Of a stretch of 64,000 nucleotides of DNA, positions 53,201 to 62,459 are shown piece by piece. Source of the DNA: Candidatus Nomurabacteria bacterium. GTDB lineage: Bacteria; Patescibacteriota; Patescibacteriia; Magasanikbacterales; UBA922. Below the pieces are notes generated by a model. That model was not told the origin of the DNA and did not search any database. It worked only from the letters and a program-made list of their open reading frames with translations. The DNA is taken from the NCBI GenBank assembly GCA_020632445.1, contig JACKFN010000005.1, positions 30,786 to 94,785 on the forward strand, read 5' to 3'. Every line of letters begins with the position of its first letter. Within the stretch, counting starts at the first letter, position 1. A program made the position numbers and the translations under genes.

Positions 53201-53962
53201 GTAGATCCTGTGGGAATCCACAAGACCCCGGCACGAGTGAAAAGAGATAAAATTCTCCGTTCAGCCCAGCATCTCGTATCCATGCTTGGTATATTTTCGA
53301 CGGTCGCAGCCCTCTATATCACTCCGACCTGGTATATTGGGGTCTTTTTGGCGATCCATGTGTTCTTTTATGCCGGATTTTTGAAATATGTAAAGCCGAA
53401 AAAGCCAAAAGGATGGGGTATTGTGTATGATTTGCATTCACGAAGGCCGGTGAAAGATGCCGTTATTCGTTTGTTCACGAAGGAATACAACAAGCTGGTA
53501 TCGACTCAGGTGACAGACAAACAGGGAAGGTACGCGTTTTTGGTTGGGCCAAGCAACTACTATTTCACGGTTGAACATGAAGGGTATAATGAAAGTAAAA
53601 GTAAAGAATACAACTTAACTCAGGCAAAAAAAGATCTTTCTCTTATCAAGGAAAATGTGGGCATTGTCCGCTTTGGGTTTGAAGACAAACCGGCACGAGT
53701 AAGGAGAAAAAGAAAGTGGTGGGAGAAAATATTGGGAATAAAGCCAAAACATTACCAAAAACATACACGTCGCGTCGCCATGGACGGTCCAAGGAGGAGG
53801 TTTCACCGTACGTGGTGGCAAAAAATACTCGGAATAAAGCCAAAAAGACCGACTATTGATCATGTACATCCTAGTGAGGGTCAGCTCAATGCAGTGCACC
53901 GTAGATATCATAGGAAGCGAAAATGGTGGGAGAAAATTTTGGGAATAAAGCCCAAGAAATAA
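50273..53962 (+). CDS. Giant multidomain surface protein (1229 aa): Cys-rich repeats, FN3-like domains, a Gly/Asp-rich low-complexity segment, three carboxypeptidase-regulatory-like (prealbumin-fold) domains, TM segments and a C-terminal triple WWEKILGIKPK repeat
   Basis: Signal peptide; CGNGVVEGAEGCDDGNTNSGDGCSNVC repeat; FN3-like TKPTIDNIVVDRTHHSATVSWTT...; GDQGDGGDQGDG low complexity; CarbopepD_reg-like GVKVTLLHEDKTSWNG...GMYAFLVQPGKYRMRIEKDGYNTYQ and two further copies; C-terminal KWWEKILGIKPK x3 (53701..53962). Confidence 0.7.
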   Translation: MRNKLLFLSGFLLSFAWSAFWVGNVLADVSSTSATLQATVAAVCGNGVVEGAEGCDDGNTNSGDGCSNVCAVEGVGGPGVNPGGGGGGGNGGGDVTKPTIDNIVVDRTHHSATVSWTTTDDTSVASCSFAYGIDESYGSSADVVLAEGTYSVSLENLQANKKYFYRIRCLDPSANQGQVNADFTTKNAPVDDDEDPVISDVETSIGKRSVHVSWIATDDSRIDECVFVYDDDNAQEPYDSNNGVLDLAGDAYRAEINGLVPNTQYFYKITCSDLAQKTVVHLGFFVTDADNVPPPDVEVIQPTPGDKSIEVEWVFAADVIDDFGSFMIRRKIGGRPLTPDNGQLVAQIPNVGTSRLVDNGLINGQEYYYTIFVFDTSGNASNGKSTSAIPNGALPEQEVCDNGIDDDFDGAIDCDDNVCAADAACVDPADGGDQGDGGDQGDGDPGDQGNGGDQGNQGDGGNNDGGDDQGGDVGPAGGGPGGQGGAVPDGGGPGGGGLPIVPEICNNEVDDDGDEKVDCQDIDCALALECFEQLVEVKCDDGLDNDHDGLKDQEDPDCVVQQEIKDAKEKGAQDGDVGEGKIPQGAPVYWLSQRQLRAPVIKGRVSALQNTQITIGIDSLQIEKEVRLMALVLGGTNYVFDKELDGWYYADFFISRVGVYEAQIVVSYEDGDAQQIPIQIAIVPPGVIAESGTGRPLSGVKVTLLHEDKTSWNGFVLGQQNPFITKETGMYAFLVQPGKYRMRIEKDGYNTYQTLVFTVEGNVINKSYELIAKAPSLLEGVDADAPVLENVQKLASNLGKQVVEKTKVVGQKAQAVKEKVDEIADDEEVEKVTKTVVAPTAVGVAAAAVVPSLWSTFIPLLRFLFLQPFLLFGRKRRQEWGTVYNSLTKLPLDLAIVRLVDTATKRVIQSRVTDAQGRYLFITKPGKYLLEVTKQGFTFPSNILKSVRSDGKMLDIYHGEDVEVIEEGTTITPNIPVDPVGIHKTPARVKRDKILRSAQHLVSMLGIFSTVAALYITPTWYIGVFLAIHVFFYAGFLKYVKPKKPKGWGIVYDLHSRRPVKDAVIRLFTKEYNKLVSTQVTDKQGRYAFLVGPSNYYFTVEHEGYNESKSKEYNLTQAKKDLSLIKENVGIVRFGFEDKPARVRRKRKWWEKILGIKPKHYQKHTRRVAMDGPRRRFHRTWWQKILGIKPKRPTIDHVHPSEGQLNAVHRRYHRKRKWWEKILGIKPKK

Positions 53963-54091
53963 GGTTAGCCAGCGCTGACCTTTTTTTGTCCACAAGATGG
54001 GGCGATTGAACAAAGACAAAAAGGTTTTTTTTTGGTAAAATAAAAGAAGGATTGTCACTTGTCGTGCAATTCTCATCATCTGAAATTTAAA

Positions 54092-57000
54092 ATGTTGCGC
54101 ACACCAAAGAAAACAATTCAGGAGGGTGTGTTATTGAGGTTTAAAAACGAGATCCTAACCGTCGTTATGGGAACCATTGTTGTGGTTACCCTTGTTTTGT
54201 TTGGTATTTTTGCCATGGCTGAAAATGTAGTGGGTGCGGCACCTCCAGCCATTATCACCTATCAAGGAAAACTGCTCAAAAGTGGTGCGGCCGTTACCAC
54301 GACACAACAAATGGGATTTATGGTCTATAGTGCGTCAACCGGTGGGTCGCTTTTGTATACAGCATCGGGGACACCAACAGTAACTTCGACGATTAACGTG
54401 CCCGTATCACAAGGAATTTTTTCTGTGAGCCTTGGTAATACCGGAACCAATAGTATCCCAGCAAGTATTTTTGCCACCAATACCGCACTTTATTTGCAGG
54501 TGTGGGTAAATGATGGTGGAACATACACCAAACTCACTCCTCGTAAGAGGTTGACGGCATCGCCATTTGCCATGAACAGTCAGTATCTTCTTGGGTATTC
54601 ACCTGCCGTTTCATCGACAAGTCAATATATACCGGTCTCAGATAGTAATGGAAACTTTGCCTTTCGTGGCGACCCACAGTCAACAGGAGTTGCCGGAGGA
54701 ACACTATATATCAATCCAGGGACAGCAGGCGCGAATGAAACACTGTTTGGAATAGCGCTCAATGGAAGTGAGCGTTTTCGTGTAGATGAAGATGGAGATA
54801 CGTGGATTGAAGGGGGATTGGTAGTAAGCACTACGCTCCAAGCTGCAACAACAACATTAGCAGAGCTTTCTGTTACAAACGGGATTACGCTAGGTGGCGT
54901 ACGAAGAACCACTTGGCCATCTGGTGGAGGTGGTGGTTCAAGCCTCTGGGCGAGCAGTACCGGAAGAGTTTATCCTGCAACCTTGACAGATGTTGTACTC
55001 GTTGGAAAAAATTCAACATCATCAGCGAGTACGGTTTTTGAAGTAAGTGGGTCTTCACTTTTTGAGGGAAATGTTTCTCTGAGTTCTGGTTCAACGCTCA
55101 CACTTGCGGGATCATTGACGCAAACTGGAATTTCAAGTTTTGCCACAACAACGTTTAACGGAGATCTTTCTGTGCTCAGTGACTTGAACGTTGGCTCAGG
55201 CAAACTCGTTTACGTTACAAGCACCGGATTTGTTGGGGTGAACACGTCAACACCAGGCGCGCAGTTTGCGGTTGACGGAAACGGATATTTCAAGGGAACA
55301 TATGATATAACTGCAGATTTGCGTATTCTCGATAATTTGTATGTTGGATCCCGATCAGAGGCAATTACTTCATCGACGTTTGCTCTTGATGGGGATGACG
55401 CATACATTCATGATTTGCTTGGTGTTGGTGATAGCATTTTTGTGGAAAATGCTTTGCACATTGGTACAAGTTCGCTGCATCTTACAGGAAATACTGGAGG
55501 TGCAGGTGGACTCATCCGTATGGATGGAGGGCCATTAGTTATTGACTCCGCCGGAGCGCTTAGCCTGAATACCAACAAAAATCAACAAATCTATACGGGA
55601 TCAGGAAACTTTGGTATCAACACAACCTCACCGGCGTATAATTTGAGTGTCGAGGGACAGGCCTATGTGAGTGCTACAGCCACTGCCAAGGATCTTGTGG
55701 TCAGTGATTCACTCACTCTTGGTGGTGTCAGACGGACGTCATGGCCTGGTGGAGTGGAAACCACTACAAATAACGATTTTTCTGGACTCAATACGTTCAG
55801 TGCAACGACAACATTTACTTCTACGACATTTTCTGGAAAGGCCACCATAAACAATTTGCTCAACGTGACAGGAAAAACATTCAACCCAAGACCTGCAGGT
55901 TCATATACCAACACCACGCTTTTTGATGATGTGGACAAGATTGTTGTAAAGAATAACATTGCGTATATTGGTTCTGCGACAGGTACCCTGTCACTTGTTG
56001 ATGTCAGTAATCCAAACAGCCCCGCACTCCTTGGTTCATATACGTCAACTACACTTGCGCCATTTGGTGGTGAGATGAATTTGCAGGTAGGTGGTCAGTA
56101 TGCCTACTTTGGTTCATCCAATGCATTCCATATCATTGATATATCAAAGCCAAAGTCTCCTACGTTTGTAGGTCAGATATTGAATTTTGGATTTCCTACT
56201 GGTTTGAGTGGTTCTACTGCACTTTCTGGAAGTGTTTTGTATGGTGCAAACGGCGTTGGTGGTGCAATGCCGGAATATATAGATATCACACGTGCGCATG
56301 AGCCAAGGAAGTATTCTCCAGCAGGAGCAAGCTCACTTGATCAGGGACGTGCCACTTTTGTATCGGGTCGATACGTGTATGTGCTTGGAAGCACGCCAAA
56401 TTTGGTTATCTTTGACTACAGTGATAAAACGCATCCTGTACAAGTTGGAATTGCCACATCGACAAGCTTTAGTAACATAAGTTTTACTGCGGAAAACGGT
56501 GATTTGTTTGTCGATGGTCGGTATGCTTATGTCACAGCACCTACATCGGGCTTTGGTGGTGGTGGTGATGCACTTACCATTGTGGATGTTGGTAATCCGG
56601 CTTCGCCAAGCGTTGTCGCTACATTACCTTCTACAACGAGCGCCTTGATGGATGATCCTACTTCAGTTGTTGCTGTCGGAGATTTGGTGTATATCACAAG
56701 TGAATCACAGAATTCCCTTGCCATTGTCGACGTTTCAACAAAAGCAAGTCCAACAGTGGTCGGGTCTATTACTGACTCTGGTGCTACGCTTTTACGTGGT
56801 GCCAAGTCGGTCGATGTTTCCGGAAATTATGCGTATGTGGTATCTCGGACCGACAAGTCGTTGCAGGTCATTGATATATCCGGGATCAAAGTCAATAATG
56901 CACAAATTGGTTCAGCACGTATAGAGCGAATTCAGGTATCCGGAAAATCATATTTTGATGAAGACATTGATATCGGTGGGGGACTCAGTGTTGGTGCTAA

Positions 57001-60000
57001 CGGGCTTCTGCTCAGAGGAGATTTAAATATTATTGGAAACGGTTCAATAAGTACTTCGACGATAAGTACGGGAACTATTCGTTTTGCGGGTGCGGCAAAT
57101 TTTAGAAGCGACATCACTTCGGGGAGTGCAGCATTTACCTTTAATCCTGGTGCAAATCTCGATACAGCCGTATTTAGGATACTGAATTCTTCGGGTTCGG
57201 AATTGTTTTACATGACCAAGGATGGATATTTGGGTATTGGAACCTCTACTCCATCCAAAAAATTAGAGGTGAGTGGAGATGCATACGTCAAGGACAACTT
57301 GTATGTCGGAAGGGGCACGGAGGCCATTACTTCATCGACATTTGCTCTTGATGGCGATGATGCATACATTCATGATCTTCTTGGTGTTGGTGATAGCATA
57401 TTTGTGGAAAATGCTTTGCATATTGGAACAAGTTCATTGCACCTTACCGGGGATACGGGTGCTACCACGGGTGGACTTATTCGTATGGATGGAGCTGGGC
57501 TTACGATTGATGCCGAGGGAACACTGAGTCTCAATACCCAAAGTGGGAATGGTATTAGCTTTGGTGGAAATGTCACCTCTGATTTGAGTGTTCGTGGTAA
57601 GGTGGGCTCTCCGGTAAACGTTGGAACCATTGATTTGTCATTTGGAAATACTGTAGAGGTTGTTGATGGCTATGCCTATGTTACTCTTATCGATGGTGGT
57701 TTCTCTATTATCGATGTTGGGAACCCGGCAACACCAACAACAACAGCAACCATTGATCCGGTTTCAAATTCTTATGACATCAGCGTATCGGGAAATTATG
57801 CATTTGTTTCGCATAACAATGGAGGATCTGACGGGATATCGGTTATTGACATTACAGATAAGTCCAATCCGTTTTCAGTAAAAAATTATCGGTTTTCTGC
57901 GCTGGCAGTAGAATCAGTTATTTCGGGAAATTATCTCTATGTAGCTGCCTCAACACAATTGAGTGTCATTGATATTTCAAATCCCCTTGAACCTGTTACG
58001 GTAGGTTCATGGTCTGGTGACTCTGTAGTTGGAATTGAAGTACAGGGAAGCTATGTGTATGTGAATGGTGGTACAGAAATTCATGTCATCGATGTATCTG
58101 AGCCTACAAGTCCCGTTCAGGTGGCTACATTCAACACGGCTCAGAGTATAAATGACATGATACTTGAAGACGGGTATATATATACAAGTGGTGGTAGTCC
58201 TGAAGGTGTTCGAATTTTTCGCGTCGGAGATAATGGAAATATACGACTGATTGGATCTCTGACATCAGGGCTTACCGATCTTCGAAAGATGGCAATATCA
58301 GGAGATTATCTTTATGCATCTGATTTTACTGATGGACTTGTCGTGATAGATATTAGCGATAAAACAGCACCGGTGGAAGTGGTTACCACGAATCCTGGAT
58401 CTTCTGGTGCACTTGATGTCGAGGCCGTTGGAAATTATGTGTACCTCGCTACCAAGGCAGATGGATTCCGTATTTTAGATGTCACAGCCATCCGTTCGGC
58501 CAATGCTCACATCGGTTCGCTTCGCACTGGTAGGCTGTATGTAGACAATCAGGCATTTTTTAGCCAGCCTGTGCATATCAATAGCGGACTGCATGTTGGC
58601 AATGATGGGCTGATGCTTTCCGGTGATTTTGCGATGTTTTCTAATTCTACATCGACGTCAGCCACTACAACCATGCGTTTTGGAGATACGGTGCGTTTCT
58701 TATCGACGGTGACGAGCTCTGATGATTATGCCTTTATTTTTGACACTCAGAATCGCTTGACCATCAATACTACGACATACATCATGTCCATTCGTAACAA
58801 TGGAGATCCGCTTTTCTCCATAGATACTCGTGGGGATGTCTACGCATCGGGTACATATCACGGAGAGGCCATTAATGTTAGCACCTCAGGACAGCCTGGA
58901 GACCTTGCCGAAAAAGTAGATATTGCCATAAATGAATCTGTTGAGCCTGGTGATGTTATCGTTGTTGATCATGAGGCGAATGATCGTTATAGAAAGAGTG
59001 TACAGCCATACCAAACAGGGGTAGCAGGTGTTATTGCTACCAATCCGACCATTGTCATCGGAAGCGGAAAGACAGAGAATCAAGCTAAGCTTACTATGGT
59101 TGGTCGTGTACCCGTAAAAGTAAGTGACGAAAATGGTGCGATCCAACGTGGAGACCTACTTGTTACCGGTTCTAAACCTGGGTATGCAATGAGATTTGAT
59201 CCATATCATGATACTGGCGCTCAAGCTGTCGGCGTCGTTGGTGTCGCACTTGAACCACTTCCTGTTAACGAAGGAAAAGTCATGGCGCTTATTCGTGGTG
59301 GATACATTAATAATCGGACCAAGACGCTTAGCGAAATTCAGCAAGATCTCTTATCATTGGCACAGTATGAAGGAATTCCGATTGGAACGAGTGTTCAGGA
59401 TTTAAGTATTAACATCAATTCAGAAGGGGGAATAGACAATCAGTTAGTAAATCAGGATTTGGGTGGTAGCTACATTATCAATGTAGCCGGATTGCTCGGA
59501 AAAGATGGAGCTTGGGAGGTGGATGATAATGGAAGATTTATTACGAAGGTTGCTACTTCGGCGGGTACTAAGGAGCTCTATGCTATTCAATCAGGGAATA
59601 CAGAATATGTGTTTTCGGGTACAGGACAGCTAGAGTCAGGAAGTGCGCGCGTAGATTTTGGTGAGGTTACTCAGGAGCTTATTGATGGTAATAAGCCTAT
59701 GAAGGTAAGTGTTACACTCACGTCCGAGGCAAACGGAATTTTTGTGGAGTCAAAGAATGCCACTGGATTTACGGTCAAGGAATTACAAAATGGAAGCAGT
59801 AGTGCAACCTTTGATTGGGTTGTAATAGCCCAAAGAAAGGTAATAGATAGCGATAATACTCATTCTGATGAGGGTGTTCAGGAGGCGCAGCAAGAGCGAC
59901 TAGAAGAGCAACCAGAAGAGCAACCAGAAGAGCAACAACCAGAGGTAGTGGAGGAAGAAGTTGGAGAAAGTGAAGAAAATGAAATCGTGGAGGATCCAAA

Positions 60001-60313
60001 CCCATTGACAGACGAATCGCCTGAACAGGATTTGGAAGAAGTGCCCCCGGAAGAAGTCCAAGAAGACAGCGAATTGGCTGAAGATGCCGACCCAGTGTCA
60101 GATGAGCCAACCGGGTCACAGGAGTCAGAATCAGAAGGAGCATCGGAAGAAGAGGTCTCAATTGATGAGGCTTCCCCACAAGAAGAGACGGTCCCTGAAG
60201 TCGCTGCGGAGCCAGAACCGGATCCTGTTGTTGAAGAGGTAATCGATCCAGATCCAGAGCCTGTCCCTGAAGAGGTGGTCGACCAGCCTTCTGAATCGAC
60301 AGAAGAAAACTAA
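54092..60313 (+). CDS. Giant surface protein (about 2070 aa): N-terminal membrane anchor, two tandem modules each comprising a fibre-like stalk plus a 7-bladed LVIVD-type beta-propeller, a C-terminal globular domain and an acidic Pro/Glu-rich tail
   Basis: Start uncertain (TTG at 54059 in the track; first ATG at 54092). Fourteen repeats of the form YAYV..(8-12 aa)..IIDVSNPxxP (for example AYIGSATGTLSLVDVSNPNSPALLGSY, YAYVTLIDGGFSIIDVGNPATPTTTATI). Stalk segments are about 90% identical at DNA level (about 55330..55560 and 57295..57530). C-terminal tail is EEQPEEQPEEQQPE... Confidence 0.75.
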   Translation: MLRTPKKTIQEGVLLRFKNEILTVVMGTIVVVTLVLFGIFAMAENVVGAAPPAIITYQGKLLKSGAAVTTTQQMGFMVYSASTGGSLLYTASGTPTVTSTINVPVSQGIFSVSLGNTGTNSIPASIFATNTALYLQVWVNDGGTYTKLTPRKRLTASPFAMNSQYLLGYSPAVSSTSQYIPVSDSNGNFAFRGDPQSTGVAGGTLYINPGTAGANETLFGIALNGSERFRVDEDGDTWIEGGLVVSTTLQAATTTLAELSVTNGITLGGVRRTTWPSGGGGGSSLWASSTGRVYPATLTDVVLVGKNSTSSASTVFEVSGSSLFEGNVSLSSGSTLTLAGSLTQTGISSFATTTFNGDLSVLSDLNVGSGKLVYVTSTGFVGVNTSTPGAQFAVDGNGYFKGTYDITADLRILDNLYVGSRSEAITSSTFALDGDDAYIHDLLGVGDSIFVENALHIGTSSLHLTGNTGGAGGLIRMDGGPLVIDSAGALSLNTNKNQQIYTGSGNFGINTTSPAYNLSVEGQAYVSATATAKDLVVSDSLTLGGVRRTSWPGGVETTTNNDFSGLNTFSATTTFTSTTFSGKATINNLLNVTGKTFNPRPAGSYTNTTLFDDVDKIVVKNNIAYIGSATGTLSLVDVSNPNSPALLGSYTSTTLAPFGGEMNLQVGGQYAYFGSSNAFHIIDISKPKSPTFVGQILNFGFPTGLSGSTALSGSVLYGANGVGGAMPEYIDITRAHEPRKYSPAGASSLDQGRATFVSGRYVYVLGSTPNLVIFDYSDKTHPVQVGIATSTSFSNISFTAENGDLFVDGRYAYVTAPTSGFGGGGDALTIVDVGNPASPSVVATLPSTTSALMDDPTSVVAVGDLVYITSESQNSLAIVDVSTKASPTVVGSITDSGATLLRGAKSVDVSGNYAYVVSRTDKSLQVIDISGIKVNNAQIGSARIERIQVSGKSYFDEDIDIGGGLSVGANGLLLRGDLNIIGNGSISTSTISTGTIRFAGAANFRSDITSGSAAFTFNPGANLDTAVFRILNSSGSELFYMTKDGYLGIGTSTPSKKLEVSGDAYVKDNLYVGRGTEAITSSTFALDGDDAYIHDLLGVGDSIFVENALHIGTSSLHLTGDTGATTGGLIRMDGAGLTIDAEGTLSLNTQSGNGISFGGNVTSDLSVRGKVGSPVNVGTIDLSFGNTVEVVDGYAYVTLIDGGFSIIDVGNPATPTTTATIDPVSNSYDISVSGNYAFVSHNNGGSDGISVIDITDKSNPFSVKNYRFSALAVESVISGNYLYVAASTQLSVIDISNPLEPVTVGSWSGDSVVGIEVQGSYVYVNGGTEIHVIDVSEPTSPVQVATFNTAQSINDMILEDGYIYTSGGSPEGVRIFRVGDNGNIRLIGSLTSGLTDLRKMAISGDYLYASDFTDGLVVIDISDKTAPVEVVTTNPGSSGALDVEAVGNYVYLATKADGFRILDVTAIRSANAHIGSLRTGRLYVDNQAFFSQPVHINSGLHVGNDGLMLSGDFAMFSNSTSTSATTTMRFGDTVRFLSTVTSSDDYAFIFDTQNRLTINTTTYIMSIRNNGDPLFSIDTRGDVYASGTYHGEAINVSTSGQPGDLAEKVDIAINESVEPGDVIVVDHEANDRYRKSVQPYQTGVAGVIATNPTIVIGSGKTENQAKLTMVGRVPVKVSDENGAIQRGDLLVTGSKPGYAMRFDPYHDTGAQAVGVVGVALEPLPVNEGKVMALIRGGYINNRTKTLSEIQQDLLSLAQYEGIPIGTSVQDLSININSEGGIDNQLVNQDLGGSYIINVAGLLGKDGAWEVDDNGRFITKVATSAGTKELYAIQSGNTEYVFSGTGQLESGSARVDFGEVTQELIDGNKPMKVSVTLTSEANGIFVESKNATGFTVKELQNGSSSATFDWVVIAQRKVIDSDNTHSDEGVQEAQQERLEEQPEEQPEEQQPEVVEEEVGESEENEIVEDPNPLTDESPEQDLEEVPPEEVQEDSELAEDADPVSDEPTGSQESESEGASEEEVSIDEASPQEETVPEVAAEPEPDPVVEEVIDPDPEPVPEEVVDQPSESTEEN

Positions 60314-60337
60314 CCAAAGTAACTCTAATACCTGACT

Positions 60338-60649
60338 ATGACGTACATTGACTACATTAGTCCATTTGTGTGGCACACTGGAATGATACTTGAGTTCATA
60401 GGAATTTTTATTGTGGCTATTTCTGCATTTACCGTGCTTGTGCGGGTATGTCAAAAAGGGTATACACAGCAAACCATTCGAGCCGAATTCGCGCAAAGAA
60501 TAATTTTTGGGTTGGAATTTGTGATTGCCGCTGACATCTTGCTTGCATCAGTTGCCAGTGACCTCATGCAGGTTAGCCGTCTTGGTGGAATAGTGCTAAT
60601 CAGGGTAGTTCTGGGCTATGCACTGCGTAAGGAGGCCGGGATAAAATAA
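60338..60649 (+). CDS. Small membrane protein, DUF1622-like
   Basis: 103 aa, 2-3 TM, conserved-looking GLEFVIAADILLA segment; a terminator hairpin (ATCAAGCcctaaGCTTGATTTTTTG) follows at about 60652..60690. Confidence 0.45.
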   Translation: MTYIDYISPFVWHTGMILEFIGIFIVAISAFTVLVRVCQKGYTQQTIRAEFAQRIIFGLEFVIAADILLASVASDLMQVSRLGGIVLIRVVLGYALRKEAGIK

Positions 60650-60723
60650 AATGAAAAATCAAGCTTAGGGCTTGATTTTTTGTTTGCTTTTCTTTATAAT
60701 CATCCCCACAGTATAGTATAAAA

Positions 60724-60797
60724 GGGCCTGTAACTCAGCTGGCTAGAGTGTCGCCATGGCATGGCGGAAGTCAGGGGTTCAAATCCCCTCAGGTCCA
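60724..60797 (+). tRNA. tRNA-Ala (anticodon GGC) with the G3:U70 identity pair
   Basis: GGGCCTGTAACTCAGCTGGCTAGAGTGTCGCCATGGCATGGCGGAAGTCAGGGGTTCAAATCCCCTCAGGTCCA: acceptor GGGCCTG/CAGGTCC with G3-U70 wobble, anticodon loop AU-GGC-AU, T-arm AGGGG-TTCAAAT-CCCCT; CCA not encoded. A hairpin terminator follows at about 60815..60850. Confidence 0.85.
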
Positions 60798-61100
60798 CAC
60801 TTCGGTATTAGAGGCGTTTTCGATATGATCGAGAACGCTTTTTTTAGTCGGCGGAAGTTTGACCTTCGAGCTGGGCAACATACCAAAAAGCTGTATTAAA
60901 TGCCCTACTCAACAAAAAAACCATTAACTTAGGCAAAAAACAGGGTTTTGTACGCCCTCTCCTGTCTTGATAATGGCATTGACAAAATGCAACTCATTTG
61001 ATAAGGTTTAATGTTCATTGAGACCTGTTTTTGACTCGTGTGCAGGAACAGTTCGTATCTGCGAATTGTACCGGCTCACGAACAATAAGCGGGGCTTTCG

Positions 61101-62201
61101 ATGAAGAAGCTTACCTATCGGATAGTACAGTTTTGGTCTTTCTTCCAGGAGCACGTGTACGGTCGTAGCGAGGAGGTCTCGCTCCAGATCAATCCGAGTG
61201 TGCTTTCTCGGGAGATGAGAGGCTACCACGCACAGGCGCTCTGGCACAGCCACATCTCACTGCTGTTCGTATACGTCTCGACGTTACTCGTGTGGTGTGC
61301 TTGGGAAGCAATCAATTCCCAAACAGTTCTTAACGGTGTTGGAACAGGTATATGGGATTGGGAGTCGGTGCTCAGTGGCGTGATTCTCTACCTGATGCTG
61401 GTTTTTCTCTTCGCAGTTCCATTGTGTGGATCGAGCTGGCTTCGACGTGATAACACGGTGCGATTCACGCGCGGATTCATGACTGATGAAGTCAAGGATC
61501 TACTTGAGAGGTATAGGTGGTTTTATTTCGACGACAAAGTCACCTATCGCATGGTCTTCACGAACCGCAATCCCATCTTCTTCCTGCGAATCCTCGAACG
61601 GTTTCCCTGTCAGTGCGACTGGAGCAAGCCCGTACGCAAGGACCTTCTTACATGGCTGATCATCTGTGTCCTTGAGCCATTGCTTTTCCAGCAGATTTAC
61701 CTGCGGGTCATCTGGCCTTACTTGATCAATCCATTTCAGTTGGCCTTTCTGTCGTACGACGAAGCAGCCAAAACAGCAGACCTCAAAGAGGGCGAACGTG
61801 TGCTCGTCCTCGGTGCGGGTGCTGTTCCCCACCACATTCGCTGGAAGCGTCGGCTGAGTGCTCGTGGTTGGATCGTGGCACTCGACGATAACCCCTACGT
61901 GCTTCGAGACTCACGAAGGATTGAAGCGCTTATCGAGTGGCTACGCGGACTGCTGCGTCTCCAACGTCGAGAAGTCACTAAGTACGTGCGGGCTGACAAC
62001 CTTACCCTACCATTCCCTGATGCAAGCTTCGACGCGGTCATTGCGATTCGTTGCTATGTCATAAACGTCGATGAAGCGAAACGTGTACTCAAGCCGGGTG
62101 GTCGACTTGTCGTTATCTGTTGTGGCGAGGTACGAGGCAAGGACCTGCACCATCAAGCCGGACTCCAGGTAACCTATGATGGGTTTGTCCTCACCATTTG
62201 A
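61101..62201 (+). CDS. Membrane-anchored class I SAM-dependent methyltransferase, in a GC-rich island adjacent to tRNA-Ala
   Basis: N-terminal about 200 aa with several TM helices; C-terminal Rossmann MTase motifs VLVLGAGAVP (motif I), DAVIAIRC, LKPGGRLVV. About 55-60% GC. Stop TGA followed by TCCACCAACCCACCATCACAACC. Confidence 0.55.
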   Translation: MKKLTYRIVQFWSFFQEHVYGRSEEVSLQINPSVLSREMRGYHAQALWHSHISLLFVYVSTLLVWCAWEAINSQTVLNGVGTGIWDWESVLSGVILYLMLVFLFAVPLCGSSWLRRDNTVRFTRGFMTDEVKDLLERYRWFYFDDKVTYRMVFTNRNPIFFLRILERFPCQCDWSKPVRKDLLTWLIICVLEPLLFQQIYLRVIWPYLINPFQLAFLSYDEAAKTADLKEGERVLVLGAGAVPHHIRWKRRLSARGWIVALDDNPYVLRDSRRIEALIEWLRGLLRLQRREVTKYVRADNLTLPFPDASFDAVIAIRCYVINVDEAKRVLKPGGRLVVICCGEVRGKDLHHQAGLQVTYDGFVLTI

Positions 62202-62459
62202 TTACACCGCATGAATTCCACCAACCCACCATCACAACCCTAGTACACCAATCCGTTGGTGCCCTTGGTGTTGTTTCAATCACATCTCGTTCACGTTCTT
62301 TTTATCATAGTCCCAATAGAGCTGAGGGTCGTGCGTCTTTTCGATTTTATATTGAGTACTCTTCTTTGTCAGAGATTGCATCGCATCCCTTTGGTCTCAG
62401 CAGAGTAAACAAAAAAAGCCACTGCGAGTGGCTTTTTTTGGTATTTGCCGAGGGTGTGC

